DNA from: an uncultured delta proteobacterium
GTDB lineage: Bacteria; Desulfobacterota; BSN033; UBA1163
Direction: 5' to 3'
Length of the DNA: 64,000 nucleotides
NCBI GenBank assembly: GCA_963826305.1
Contig: CAWGWZ010000001.1
Span: forward strand, 19,577 to 83,576
In this document: one piece after another, positions 1 through 9,476 of the stretch
Layout of the letters: every line of letters starts with the position of its first letter
How positions within the stretch are numbered: position 1 is the first letter of the stretch
Notes under the pieces: model-generated
Database searches by the model: none
Told to the model about the DNA's origin: nothing
The model's input: the letters and a program-made list of their open reading frames with translations, nothing else
Program-made: the position numbers and the translations under genes

Positions 1-1002
1 ATTATTCTGACCGCGCAAAGGGTTCACACCCGTGCTCATTCGACCGATATTTCCAGTCAACATAGCTAAATTGGCAAGAGAGAGAACATTGTCCGTTCCC
101 GTTGTATGTTGCGTAATCCCCATCGCATAAACAATGGCACCTCTTTCAGCCTTTGCAAAAATCTCCGCGATCTCCCTCAAATCGGCCTGAGAAATCCCGG
201 TAATCTCCTCGACCTTTTCAGGAGGATACTTCTCTACCTCCTCCTTCAGGCTCTCGAGTCCCTCTGTGCGGGTCTCAATAAATTTCTTATCTTCCAGACC
301 CTGCTTAAGAATGATGTGCATCAGGCCATTGATCCATGCGACATCCGTCCCCAATCGCTGGCGAACAAAGACATCGGCATAACGGGCGATCTGTGTCCTT
401 CTCGGATCGACAACGATCAACTTCGCGCCCTTCTCCTTTGCTTTCAGGATATAGCTTGCCACGAGTGGATGGGCCTCCGTCGTATTCGACCCGGTAATGA
501 GAATGCAGTCTGAATCTTCCAACTCCGGCACTGCATTGGTCATGGCCCCGCTTCCAAATGATTTGGCTAGACCAGCCACTGTGGAGGCGTGTCAGAGACG
601 GGCGCAGTGATCCACATTATTTGTCCCAACAACCGTCCTCATCCATTTCTGGAAAAGATAGTTCTCCTCGTTCGTACACTTGGCCGAGGTCAAGCCTGCG
701 ATGCTGTCCGGTCCGTATTCCTTCCTAATCTTTCTGAGGCGAGAAGTGACTTCATCAAAAGCCTCTTCCCAAGAAATCTTTTTCAGCGAACCATCGTTTC
801 TCAGGAGAGGCTCTTTCAGCCTTCCCTGGTCATGGATGAATTCGTGGGCATTCCAGCCTTTTATGCAGAGGGCCCCCCTATTGACGGGATGGTCCTTTTG
901 TGGAAGGGTCCCCACCACCTCTCCATCCAGAACCTCCAGAAGAAGGCCACACCCGCACCCGCAATAAGTACAGGTCGTTAAAACGGTCTCATAACTCAAC
1001 AT
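1..1002 (-). CDS. fdhA: Formate dehydrogenase alpha subunit (Mo/W-bisPGD), selenocysteine-containing; runs off the left edge
   Basis: N-terminal CTYCGCGC...C Fe-S motif. NVDHCARL-TGA(592-594)-HASTVAGLAKSFGSGAM matches the Fdh active-site CARL(U/C)H motif, and the frame stays open past the TGA. Confidence 0.95.
564..578 (-). promoter_or_regulatory. SECIS-like hairpin of fdhA
   Basis: TGGCT-GGTCT-AGCCA stem-loop 13 nt after the UGA; the loop resembles the E. coli fdhF SECIS apical loop. Confidence 0.7.
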
Positions 1003-1020
1003 GCTCTACCTAAGACTACT

Positions 1021-1079
1021 CAGGTCAAGGTTAAGGTTCAGGTTAAGAAAATCTCAACCTCAACCTCAGCCTCAACCTT
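1021..1079. repeat. Inverted hexamer tandem repeat (AGGTYM)n...(CAACCT)n
   Basis: caggtcaaggttaaggttcaggtt followed by ctcaacctcaacctcagcctcaacctt; the two arms are complementary. Confidence 0.8.
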
Positions 1080-1093
1080 GAGAAGTTCTCATC

Positions 1094-1900
1094 CTACTTT
1101 CCAGTTCCCGGCAGCTCATAGCTCCCGTCCCCTAAAAACTCCAAGGGACCTTTCAAGTCCTTATCTTCTCCGGGTGTATAACCGAAGAGGTCCTTCACCG
1201 ACTTTCGAACCTTTCGATAAAGCTTTCTCACTGGGATTCCCATGGGACAGACCTCCTCACAGAGGCCACAATCGATGCAACGGTCTGCCATGTGAAAGGC
1301 CTTGTGAAGATGGAAAATGGGAATTTCAGGAGGCATCCCGCCGGGTCTAATCAGAAGGGGATCCTCCAGAGTACAGGTAGGGCAGAAGCAGGCGGGACAG
1401 ACATTCCGGCATCCGTAGCACTTAATGCACTTCCCAAATTGCTTCATCCAATACTGCAAGCGTTCTTCCTCTGGAAGGCCCTCAATCTCCGCAATATCAA
1501 AGAGATCGTCCACCGGTTTGGCCAGATCACCGTCTTCCACCTCAGAAGGGTAGGGCCGATCGCAGCGACACCGTCTCGCCAACTCTTGACTGCAAACGAT
1601 TCCGATTGCCCTAACTTTTTCAGAGGGGAGCTGATGATTTTTGAAAAGTTCGATGAGGGATCGTTCCTCACATCCCCGAACCACAATTCCCATGACCTCA
1701 TTGGAATGTTTCTTCGATATCTCAACAAGAATCTTGGTAAGGGGATATCGGTTTGTCTCATCGATAACCCAATCCTTCAGATCCATGGGATGGGTGAAGA
1801 GATAAGGAAGGGAATGGCCATGACTGAGTCTCAGGCCTAATATCCCTGAGACAATGTCCTGGTCCAGCATTCTTGACATCTTCTCTTTTGTTTTCTCCAT
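1094..1900 (-). CDS. FdhB/Flx-like 2x[4Fe-4S] ferredoxin-domain subunit
   Basis: CIKCYGCRNVCPACFC and CIDCGLCEEVCP motifs plus RGCEERS; lies between mvhD and fdhA. Confidence 0.85.
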   Translation of the reverse strand: MEKTKEKMSRMLDQDIVSGILGLRLSHGHSLPYLFTHPMDLKDWVIDETNRYPLTKILVEISKKHSNEVMGIVVRGCEERSLIELFKNHQLPSEKVRAIGIVCSQELARRCRCDRPYPSEVEDGDLAKPVDDLFDIAEIEGLPEEERLQYWMKQFGKCIKCYGCRNVCPACFCPTCTLEDPLLIRPGGMPPEIPIFHLHKAFHMADRCIDCGLCEEVCPMGIPVRKLYRKVRKSVKDLFGYTPGEDKDLKGPLEFLGDGSYELPGTGK

Positions 1901-1908
1901 CTGTTTTC

Positions 1909-2376
1909 CTACGGCAGTGCGACGATGGGTTCTGTCGCTTTCCGGGCTTGCCTCTCCCGCGACACCTCCCTCAAGGGAGAAGGGCCAAGTTGGGTGATCT
2001 CCCGTGTGAATTCACTGACAGCATTGGCAAATTTCCCACTCTCAGAAGTCGCAATCCATTCAAGCCTCAATCGTTTGGGGGAAATGCCGACGAATCCGAG
2101 CAGATCTTTCATCACGGCTATCCTCTTGGCCGTGATGTAGTTGCCTTTTCCGTAATGGCAGCTCCCAATGTGGCACCCGGCGACGAATACACCGTCGGCC
2201 CCTTGTTGAAAGGCTTTAAGGATAAAATGGGGAGATACTCTCCCACTGCACATAACGCGAATAGGAAGGACGTTTGCCGCATACTTCAGCCTTGCCGAAC
2301 CAGCAAGATCAGCACCGGCATAGCTTCACCAGTGGCAGCAAAAGGCTATGATAATTGGTTTAAAGACTTCAGACAT
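1909..2376 (-). CDS. mvhD: MvhD/FlpD [2Fe-2S] subunit, selenocysteine-containing
   Basis: ATG at 2376 gives MSEVFKPIIIAFCCHW-TGA(2326-2328)-SYAGADLAG...RVMCSGRV...GCHIGSCHY. The TGA sits at the conserved CxxC/U-SY Cys. Hairpin CTTGCT-GGTTC-GGCAAG at 2291-2307. Confidence 0.93.
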
Positions 2377-2464
2377 GATTCAGCAAATTTACTAACAATC
2401 TCTTATGGTTAAACATAATATATAATTACTATAGGATTACTATAATATAACCTTTACTCTCTCC

Positions 2465-2852
2465 TTATGCAAGGATTCTTACAAAATTCCCAACCGGATT
2501 TCTATTGTCATGGTTGCCCCGCGTGATCAGAAACCATGTTTCACTCAGGAGCGGATCGGCCGGTTCAAAGAACTGCTTTATCCAGACCGACTGCCCGGCA
2601 CTGCTGGAGGGCACTGCATCGCCGGTCGTCAGGACGAAGGCTGGATCGCATGTCGCTGCAGCGGCCGAGGCGACCCGATCGTGGACCGCTGGATTGCTCT
2701 GGCTATCTCTGTAGACCAAAAAGGTGAAGGCTGCATCAGCGCCCGCAGGTTGGCAAGGAGCTCTGCGGTCAGCCTTGCAATATTGCAAGCTTTGGTGGCT
2801 TTTCGGATAGTTGCTTCGCAGACAGACCGGTTTTTAAAAGGACCTTGCAGAA
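2465..2852 (-). pseudogene. Metallophosphoesterase (purple-acid-phosphatase-like) gene fragment bounded by imperfect inverted repeats
   Basis: FLVYRDSQ...VLTTGDAV...RGNHD resembles the DxH/GD/GNH motifs, truncated at both ends. Ends ttatgcaaggattcttacaaaa and tttttaaaaggaccttgcagaa are about 15/22 complementary. Confidence 0.55.
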
Positions 2853-2856
2853 CTAG

Positions 2857-3097
2857 CAGGGTGCTGAAAAAGTCACTTTTTCAGGCTGATCAAAAATGCC
2901 CAGATGCAAGTTGAGTTTTACGAAATCCCGCTTGCGGGGGCGCCCGAAATCCTGAGGAGTGAGGCGTACTTGGAGTACGCCGCAACGACGAAGGATGAGG
3001 GGTGGCGTCGCGACGAATAAGGAGCGACTTCTTGCCACGCCGCCAAGACGGTGAGGCGGCCGGATAACGCCGCAGATGGGCGTTTTTCAGCACCCTG
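2857..3097. mobile_element. MITE (241 bp), copy 1; IS5-like ends
   Basis: TIRs CAGGGTGCTGAAAAA/TTTTTCAGCACCCTG, CTAG on both sides (2853-2856, 3098-3101); near-identical copy at 16107-16377. Confidence 0.9.
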
Positions 3098-4180
3098 CTA
3101 GTGTAATATTACAATAACGGCTTTACAATGAGACACTTTCTCCAAGATCGAATCGACGTTTTTGGTCCAGACAAAGGGTTTGGGATTTTCGTTGTTCAGC
3201 CGAATATACTCCTCGATGGCAGCCACCAAGTCCGGCACGCTGCGGAAGACGCCTCGACGGATACGCTTGCGTGTGATCTCTCCGAACCATCTCTCCACCA
3301 AGTTCAGCCAAGACGAACTTGTCGGCGTAAAGTGAAGATGGAAGCGGGGATGCTTTTCCAACCAGGCTTTGACCTTGGGATGTTTGTGCGTTCCGTAGTT
3401 ATCGAGAATCATATGGATAGCCAGCCCCTTGGGGGTTTCTCGGTCGATCTGTCGAAGGAAATGCCGGAACTCTACGTTCCGGTGTCTCGGAAAACAGGTG
3501 CCGATGACCTTGCCTTCCAGCACGTTCAACGCCGCGAACAGACAGGTGGTTCCGTTGCGCTTGTAGTCGTGGGTCATCGTCCCGCAGCGTCCTTTTTTCA
3601 TCGGCAACCCAGGCTGCGTCCTATCCAGCGCCTGCACCTGCGACTTCTCGTCCACGCACAGCACCACTGCCTTGTCAGGCGGGTTCAGGTACACCCCCAC
3701 CACGTCCGTCAACTTCTCGACAAAGCGCTTGTCCTTCGAGAGCTTGAATCCTTCCACGCGGTGCGGCTGCAATCCGTGCGCGTCCCAAATCCGGAATATC
3801 GTGGCGTTGCTGACTCCCGTGGCCTTGGCCATTGTCCGCGTGGACCAGTGAGTCGCATCCTTGGGCACCGTGTGCAGGGTCGCCTCAATGATCGCCTTGA
3901 CCTTTTCGGCGGGAAGGGCGCGCGAACTGAGCCCGTGGGGCGCATCTTCCGCCAGTCCATCGGAACCTCGTTCCTCGAACCGCTGTCGCCACTGCACGAC
4001 CGTCGGACGACTAGTCTTCAGTGTTTTGGCAATGACCCTATTGGGCAGACCCTGGGCTGCCAACAGGCAAATGCGCGCACGCAGCACAGTCCTTTGGGGG
4101 CTGGTCTTTGCCCGAACCCAGGCTTCTAACGTCGTGCGCTGCTCGTTCGTCATCTGCAATCTTTCGGCTGGCTTCCACAT
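3098..4180 (-). CDS. IS630-family transposase
   Basis: HTH N-terminus; VDEKSQVQAL, DYKRNGT, ILDNYGTHK and SWLNLVERWF DDE motifs. Confidence 0.95.
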   Translation of the reverse strand: MWKPAERLQMTNEQRTTLEAWVRAKTSPQRTVLRARICLLAAQGLPNRVIAKTLKTSRPTVVQWRQRFEERGSDGLAEDAPHGLSSRALPAEKVKAIIEATLHTVPKDATHWSTRTMAKATGVSNATIFRIWDAHGLQPHRVEGFKLSKDKRFVEKLTDVVGVYLNPPDKAVVLCVDEKSQVQALDRTQPGLPMKKGRCGTMTHDYKRNGTTCLFAALNVLEGKVIGTCFPRHRNVEFRHFLRQIDRETPKGLAIHMILDNYGTHKHPKVKAWLEKHPRFHLHFTPTSSSWLNLVERWFGEITRKRIRRGVFRSVPDLVAAIEEYIRLNNENPKPFVWTKNVDSILEKVSHCKAVIVILH

Positions 4181-4237
4181 GAAGCCAACTGTAGCACATA
4201 TCTGGCATATTGTAAAGATATTATTGTAACACTACAC
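3101..4237 (-). mobile_element. IS630-family insertion sequence
   Basis: TIRs gtgtaatattacaataa / ttattgtaacactacac (15/17), TA duplication at 3099-3100 and 4238-4239, intact transposase inside. Confidence 0.93.
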
Positions 4238-4285
4238 TAGTCTAAAAAGTAAGGTGGAAAAGGTGGAGAGCGGTCAACCCTACCG

Positions 4286-4672
4286 TCAGGCAGTGTATGG
4301 TGGTTTTCGTCCAATGCCCACTAAGAAATTTCTCAACCTATTCATGTTCTCTGGAGAGAGGTCTACAAATCTTACTCCAGTCCGATAATCCCACGTCCGA
4401 TCCTTCCTCACATGAGGATCCATCCAGACCACCTGGCCGGACATCTCAAGGGTACTTAATTCAGAATGAGAAGGAAGAAATAGTTTCAATGCCAGACGTT
4501 GACCAATCCCCATTTCCTCTGGAAGGTAGACAAGTAATCCACCTTCACTGACATTGGCAGCTCGAGCGTATTTGAATAATAAGTTGGTTTTACTGTACTT
4601 AACTGGCAAATCGACATTGGCTCTGGGATGTTTTCTTTTTTCTAAAGGCAGGTTTTCCCCCACTGACTGCAT
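4286..4672 (-). CDS. PilZ domain-containing protein
   Basis: EKRKHPR (RxxxR) and NVSEGG (D/NxSxxG) motifs, GVRF near the C-terminus; start taken at the internal ATG. Confidence 0.85.
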   Translation of the reverse strand: MQSVGENLPLEKRKHPRANVDLPVKYSKTNLLFKYARAANVSEGGLLVYLPEEMGIGQRLALKLFLPSHSELSTLEMSGQVVWMDPHVRKDRTWDYRTGVRFVDLSPENMNRLRNFLVGIGRKPPYTA

Positions 4673-5013
4673 CGAATTGCCCCCATCTGATTTTATTGGA
4701 TTTACCGCCAGCAAAAAATATGCCAGAAGGAGGTAAACCATATTGGGTTTTGTAACTGGCTGGAGTTTAAAGCCGGATTTAAATTTTAGATAGAAGTTTG
4801 GATTGGAATATTTCCTAACAGGAGGTAAAATATTTTCAAGGTCAGAACTTTTTTGTCAATTTGTTATCTTGATTTCACACCAAGCGTCAGACCTGCTGAT
4901 TGACAAAACGCCCCTTGCTAAACGACCGCTGAGTACCATACAATGAGACCCATCCCGGGGGCTGAAAATAGGGAAGATGTGATCATGCAGAACCTGACTT
5001 CAGATAGGAGAAT

Positions 5014-6825
5014 ATGAAGATGGCATCCAAATTTTTCAGCGAAAGGAATTTGAGGTTTTTACTTTATGAGGTTTTTGATGTCGTGTCGCTTACCCAATAC
5101 GATTACTATAAAGAATACGATGGCAAAACGCTTGATATGGTCTTGAAAGCAGCGATGGAGCTGGCCCAGGGTCTTCTTTGGACCAGCTTCCAGGAAATGG
5201 ACAAGAATCCACCGGAATTGGTTGATGATCAGATTAAGGTTCATCCCTCGGTTAAACAGTTTTTAAACGAATCCGGTGAAGGGGGCTGGATTGGTGACGA
5301 TATACCTTTTGAGTGGGGAGGGCAGCAGCTTCCTCAAATGATCACAATGGGGTGCAGATTCATTTTTTGCGCAGCCAATTATTCCGCTGCTGCGTATTCT
5401 GGTTTGACTTCGGGAGCCGCCCGTCTCATTCTAAACTTTGGAAAAGAGGAGATGAAGAAGACCTATCTTCCCAAGATGCTTGCCGGAAAGTGGCAGGGAA
5501 CCATGGCCTTAACTGAACCCGAAGCGGGGAGTTCACTCTCCGACATTACGACGATAGCTGAACCTACGGGTAACGGTTACTATAAAATCAGAGGGCAAAA
5601 AGTATTTATATCGGCTGGAGACCACGACGCGGTTGAAAATGTGGTTCATCTCATGTTGGCAAAGATCAAAGGCGCCCCTGCGGGTGTAAAAGGAATTTCT
5701 CTTTTCGTTGTACCCAAAAAGCGGATTGACGAGAGTGGCCAATTGGTTTTGAATGATGTGGTCACCTCCGGAATTTTTCACAAGTTAGGTTATAGAGGAT
5801 GTCCCATTGCCCAACTCAGTATGGGGGACAACGACGACTGCCGAGGCTACCTGGTGGGTGAACCCAATAAAGGGCTCCTTCACATGTTTCAGATGATGAA
5901 CGAGGCACGAATCGGAGTAGGAGCAGGGGCTGCGGCCATTGCTTCGGCTGCCTATTACGCTGCCTTAGAGTACGCAAAAACGCGACTTCAGGGTAGAAAA
6001 TTGTCAACCAAGGATCCCTCTCTACCTCAAGTTCCTATCATCGAACACCCTGACGTGAAGCGTATGTTGCTTTTTCAACGTTCCATTACAGAAGGGTCTC
6101 TCGCTTTGCTGACACAATGCGGGAAATATGCCGATCTCACAATCGCCCTCGCTGGAGAAGAAAAGGCAAAGAACGAGTTGTTGTTAGACCTCTTAACCCC
6201 GGTTGCTAAAAGCTATCCATCGGAAATGGGTCTGCTTTCGATCAGTGCGGGTTTACAGTGCCTGGGGGGATCGGGTTATTGTGATGACTATCCTTTAGAA
6301 CAATATTATCGAGACGCACGAATTCATCCGATCCATGAGGGCACCACGGGTATACATGGATTAGACCTTCTTGGTCGAAAAGTCATGATGAGAGATGGGA
6401 AAGCCTACAAACTCTACCTCGAAGAAGTGCAAGGAACAATTCGTGGAGCGGAAAAAATTGAGGAGCTTGAATCCTATGCGCAGAAACTCAAAGAATCGTT
6501 GGAAGTGCTCCAAAAAGTTACCATCCATCTGATGGATGTGGAGAAAAAAGAGACTCCTGAAATCTTTTTGGCTGACGCGACCCTCTACTTAGAGTTCTTT
6601 GGAATCATCTGTGTAGCCTGGCAATGGCTTGTCCAGGCCACCGCTGTGGCGAAAGCTTTGAGAAATAGCCCGAGCGGGGCAGAGGCAAACTTCTATAACG
6701 GTAAGTTTTTTGCCTTCCGCTATTTCTTTGAGTATGAACTTCCGAAGATTCAAGGCTTGGCCGAACGGTTGATGAATACCGACGGATTGACTGTTGAAAT
6801 AAAGCCTGACTTCTTTTCCGACTGA
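5014..6825 (+). CDS. Acyl-CoA dehydrogenase (long C-terminal type)
   Basis: GTMALTEPEAGS, GQKVFIS, HKLG, MMNEAR, GGSGY...IHEGT motifs. Confidence 0.95.
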   Translation: MKMASKFFSERNLRFLLYEVFDVVSLTQYDYYKEYDGKTLDMVLKAAMELAQGLLWTSFQEMDKNPPELVDDQIKVHPSVKQFLNESGEGGWIGDDIPFEWGGQQLPQMITMGCRFIFCAANYSAAAYSGLTSGAARLILNFGKEEMKKTYLPKMLAGKWQGTMALTEPEAGSSLSDITTIAEPTGNGYYKIRGQKVFISAGDHDAVENVVHLMLAKIKGAPAGVKGISLFVVPKKRIDESGQLVLNDVVTSGIFHKLGYRGCPIAQLSMGDNDDCRGYLVGEPNKGLLHMFQMMNEARIGVGAGAAAIASAAYYAALEYAKTRLQGRKLSTKDPSLPQVPIIEHPDVKRMLLFQRSITEGSLALLTQCGKYADLTIALAGEEKAKNELLLDLLTPVAKSYPSEMGLLSISAGLQCLGGSGYCDDYPLEQYYRDARIHPIHEGTTGIHGLDLLGRKVMMRDGKAYKLYLEEVQGTIRGAEKIEELESYAQKLKESLEVLQKVTIHLMDVEKKETPEIFLADATLYLEFFGIICVAWQWLVQATAVAKALRNSPSGAEANFYNGKFFAFRYFFEYELPKIQGLAERLMNTDGLTVEIKPDFFSD

Positions 6826-7020
6826 CAAGGAATATATCGGGGCCAGCCCTTGAAATGGCGCATTTCAGCCGCCATGCCTTTTGAAAAGGCTCGGTCGAAG
6901 GACCGGGCCTTTATCATTTTTAGAGGAGGCAAGTAACCTTGTTTGTTGAAAGGGGGATGATTATTATTTGAATAAGGATATTGCAATGAATTCGATATTT
7001 ATTCAAAGGAGGTGTTAAAG

Positions 7021-7206
7021 ATGAAAAAAAGCCTTAGCTGTAGGGACACAGGTGCGGATTGTGATTTTGTCATCTGTGCTAAAACAGAGGATGAAATCTT
7101 TAAGAAAGCGAGAAAACATGCCAAAAAAGAGCATAGTATGAAGGAGATTCCAAAGGAACTATATGACAAGGCACGTTCAGCGATTCGCGAGGTAGAACAT
7201 TGTTAA
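7021..7206 (+). CDS. DUF1059 family small metal-binding protein
   Basis: LSCRDTGADCDF...H...H pattern; GGAGG RBS. Confidence 0.85.
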   Translation: MKKSLSCRDTGADCDFVICAKTEDEIFKKARKHAKKEHSMKEIPKELYDKARSAIREVEHC

Positions 7207-7213
7207 CATCTGG

Positions 7214-7250
7214 AGAAGCCACCTGAGATCATCTCGGGCGGCTTCTTTTT
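7214..7250 (+). terminator. Rho-independent terminator
   Basis: AGAAGCCACCTGAG...CTCGGGCGGCTTCT followed by a T-run. Confidence 0.7.
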
Positions 7251-7524
7251 ATAACCCTGCTCGTTTCTCGCAGTTTTGATTCGCACTATTTTGGCGATTG
7301 GCCCAAAAAAGGGAAATGGATTATAATAAATAAAGGAAAGGAGAACAAAGGTAGCCCATAGAGGATTATATAAAAAAATTGAGAGATGGAAATTTCCCAT
7401 AGAGAGGGGGTAGGCTAAAAGCCCGTCCCCCAAGACGATCAGAAACCCGCTGGAGTTTCGAAAAAGAAACTCAAATCAAAGGATGATATAAAAAGTCTGC
7501 TTTTGAAAAAGTGGGTTTCTACAT

Positions 7525-7559
7525 AAAAAAGAAAGCTAACCATTGAGGTTAGCTTTTTT
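7525..7559. terminator. Bidirectional terminator-like hairpin
   Basis: A-run, AAGCTAACC-ATTGA-GGTTAGCTT, T-run. Confidence 0.6.
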
Positions 7560-7695
7560 ATTCTTCCCCGGGCTGTTTCCTCATTATTTTAATCACACCA
7601 ATCTCTGTGGATCTGATCCCGGAGGTCTTTCGGGATGTCCCTCGGGTCAATGATAACGTCCTCTGTCAGGGCAACTTACCCTCTCGGGGCATTCC

Positions 7696-8136
7696 TTAAT
7701 CCCATTTAGAAACCCAGTTTGAAATCATCTGGGTGAGTTTCTTCTTTTGGACCTCATTCAACCCATTCTGAAAGTCGAGCATGAGATCGAAGGCCCGGTT
7801 GATCCGCTGGGTCTCATCTCGAAACGCCCCTTGAAGGAGGGAGGTCATCTTATGGATGTCCGGGTTTTCTTTCATCCCTTCCTCTTTAATCTTCATCAAG
7901 GCTTCCTTCTTTTCAATTCGGCCTTCCTGGAAGTTCTTCCGGATGTCCAGTTTGAGCCGTTCCAGCTGAATTTTCTGATCCCCACTGAGGTCGAGCTTTG
8001 CTGCTGTCTTATCCACCATTTTGATGAAAACCCGTTCGGCTTTCCACAGGATGTCCATTCTGGGGTGGCATCCGACAAATGAAACTGCCAGAAAGATCAC
8101 CATTAAAAAACAGATTGGATATCGATTTAATTTCAT
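7696..8136 (-). CDS. Spy/CpxP-like helical lipoprotein
   Basis: Lipobox FVGC; LDLSGDQK and LNEVQKKKL resemble LTxxQ repeats. Confidence 0.65.
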   Translation of the reverse strand: MKLNRYPICFLMVIFLAVSFVGCHPRMDILWKAERVFIKMVDKTAAKLDLSGDQKIQLERLKLDIRKNFQEGRIEKKEALMKIKEEGMKENPDIHKMTSLLQGAFRDETQRINRAFDLMLDFQNGLNEVQKKKLTQMISNWVSKWD

Positions 8137-8547
8137 CTTTTTTCTCCTTTCTCTTCTTATTTTAAGATATCACGTGAGGCCCTTTCCATCCCCAAAATCA
8201 TCTTCTATCTCACGGTAACAGATATTGTTGTAGAAAGTGAATAAGTTGAATCATGCATTTTATCGAGAAAAATACAGTATCGGATGTTAGGCGGTGGGCT
8301 CCTTCTTTGACGTTTTGCCAGCGGAGATTCCAAATTGAATCTTGCCTGTATGGAGAGGGTAGGTCTTACCCTGCAGTCGTTTGGAAGCCTCCTTTAAAAA
8401 TTTTTATTGCCTTATCTATCTAATTTTGATAATTTCTTATCGAAGCCGGAGCGATCCCCCCACTCGCTTTCTTCTTTCTGATTGGCAAGAATGGTTTGGA
8501 TGTGTTATTTTGAGTCTTCAAAAAATAACTCAATAAGGAGGGAGATT

Positions 8548-9264
8548 ATGAAGAAGATTGTTTTGACAGTCATTTTGAGTTTGACCCTTTTTACTATCTC
8601 TCAGGCTTTGGCCCAAGAGAAACCGAGACTTGGTGTTTTAAGATTTACGAACGAAACGAGTGCTGGATGGTGGGGCGGCAATGTGGGTCGGGAGCTTCAA
8701 GATATGCTGGCTTCCGAACTGGTGAGTACAAAAGCCTTTCAAGTCTTGGAGAGAAAAGAACTGGATGCTGTGCTCGGAGAGCAAGACTTAGGGGCTTCCG
8801 GGAGGGTAGATAAGAAGACAGCAGCACAAATAGGAAAGATTAAAGGAGCCAAATACTTAGTCGCATCCACCGTCTCTGCATTTGAAGAAGGCACCAGTGG
8901 ACAAGGGGGAAGAATCGCGATAGGGGGAATATCGCTTGGAGGAAAAAAAGAGAGGGCCTATATGGCCGTTGATCTAAAAGTCATCGATACAACGACAGGG
9001 GAGATTGTCGATGCAAGAACCGTAGAGGCAACCTCCGAATCGAAGGCTGCTGATGTGGGATTCCACGCACCGTTTGTTTCCGGAGGTCTTGGAAAACAGG
9101 AGAAAACTCCAACGGGAAAAGCGATCAGGGCCTGTGTCATAGAAATTGCCGAATATTTAGAATGTTCTCTGGTCAAAGGAAAGAATAATGAATGTATGCA
9201 AGAATATGATGCCAAGGAAAGCAAGAGAAAGGAGAAAACGAAGAAGTCTATCAAGTTGGAATAA
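8548..9264 (+). CDS. CsgG/HfaB family exported protein
   Basis: Signal peptide; FQVLERKELDAVLGEQDL and VDLKVIDTTTGEIV motifs. Confidence 0.85.
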   Translation: MKKIVLTVILSLTLFTISQALAQEKPRLGVLRFTNETSAGWWGGNVGRELQDMLASELVSTKAFQVLERKELDAVLGEQDLGASGRVDKKTAAQIGKIKGAKYLVASTVSAFEEGTSGQGGRIAIGGISLGGKKERAYMAVDLKVIDTTTGEIVDARTVEATSESKAADVGFHAPFVSGGLGKQEKTPTGKAIRACVIEIAEYLECSLVKGKNNECMQEYDAKESKRKEKTKKSIKLE

Positions 9265-9305
9265 GCCAACAAATGTGAATAAGCATGGACTGTTTCAAAT
9301 AAGAA

Positions 9306-9337
9306 GACCCGTCTCTATTTCCCGAGACGGGTTTTTT
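9306..9337 (+). terminator. Rho-independent terminator
   Basis: ACCCGTCTC...GAGACGGGT followed by a T-run. Confidence 0.75.
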
Positions 9338-9476
9338 ATTCTCGCTCCATGCATTCAAAAATCAGGAAAATCTGCGTAACCAAGAGAGTGTGATGGAGCT
9401 TCTCAGGGCTCTCTTTTTAATATCTTGACAAAAAGCCTGTGGAGGTATAGTAAAATGGACTCAGGAGGTCAAAGCC

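Noticed and set aside
2408-2452. AT-rich ATTACTATA repeats upstream of mvhD as a ModE or Rex site
   Set aside because: Does not fit either consensus well enough; low-complexity AT sequence.
2853-3093. Short ORFs inside repeats (also 12706-12945, 16123-16326, 39478-39666, 40854-41069, 53914-54099)
   Set aside because: Translations of MITE or microsatellite DNA.
3128-4129. 333-aa plus-strand ORF and other long antisense ORFs (e.g. 10919-11806, 54722-55351, 62058-62714)
   Set aside because: Shadows of well-supported genes on the opposite strand, with no recognisable motifs.
7558-7692. Minus-strand frame MPREGKLP-TGA-QRTLS...GEE as a fifth selenoprotein
   Set aside because: No Cys-homologue motif or clear SECIS; may be non-coding or a relic.
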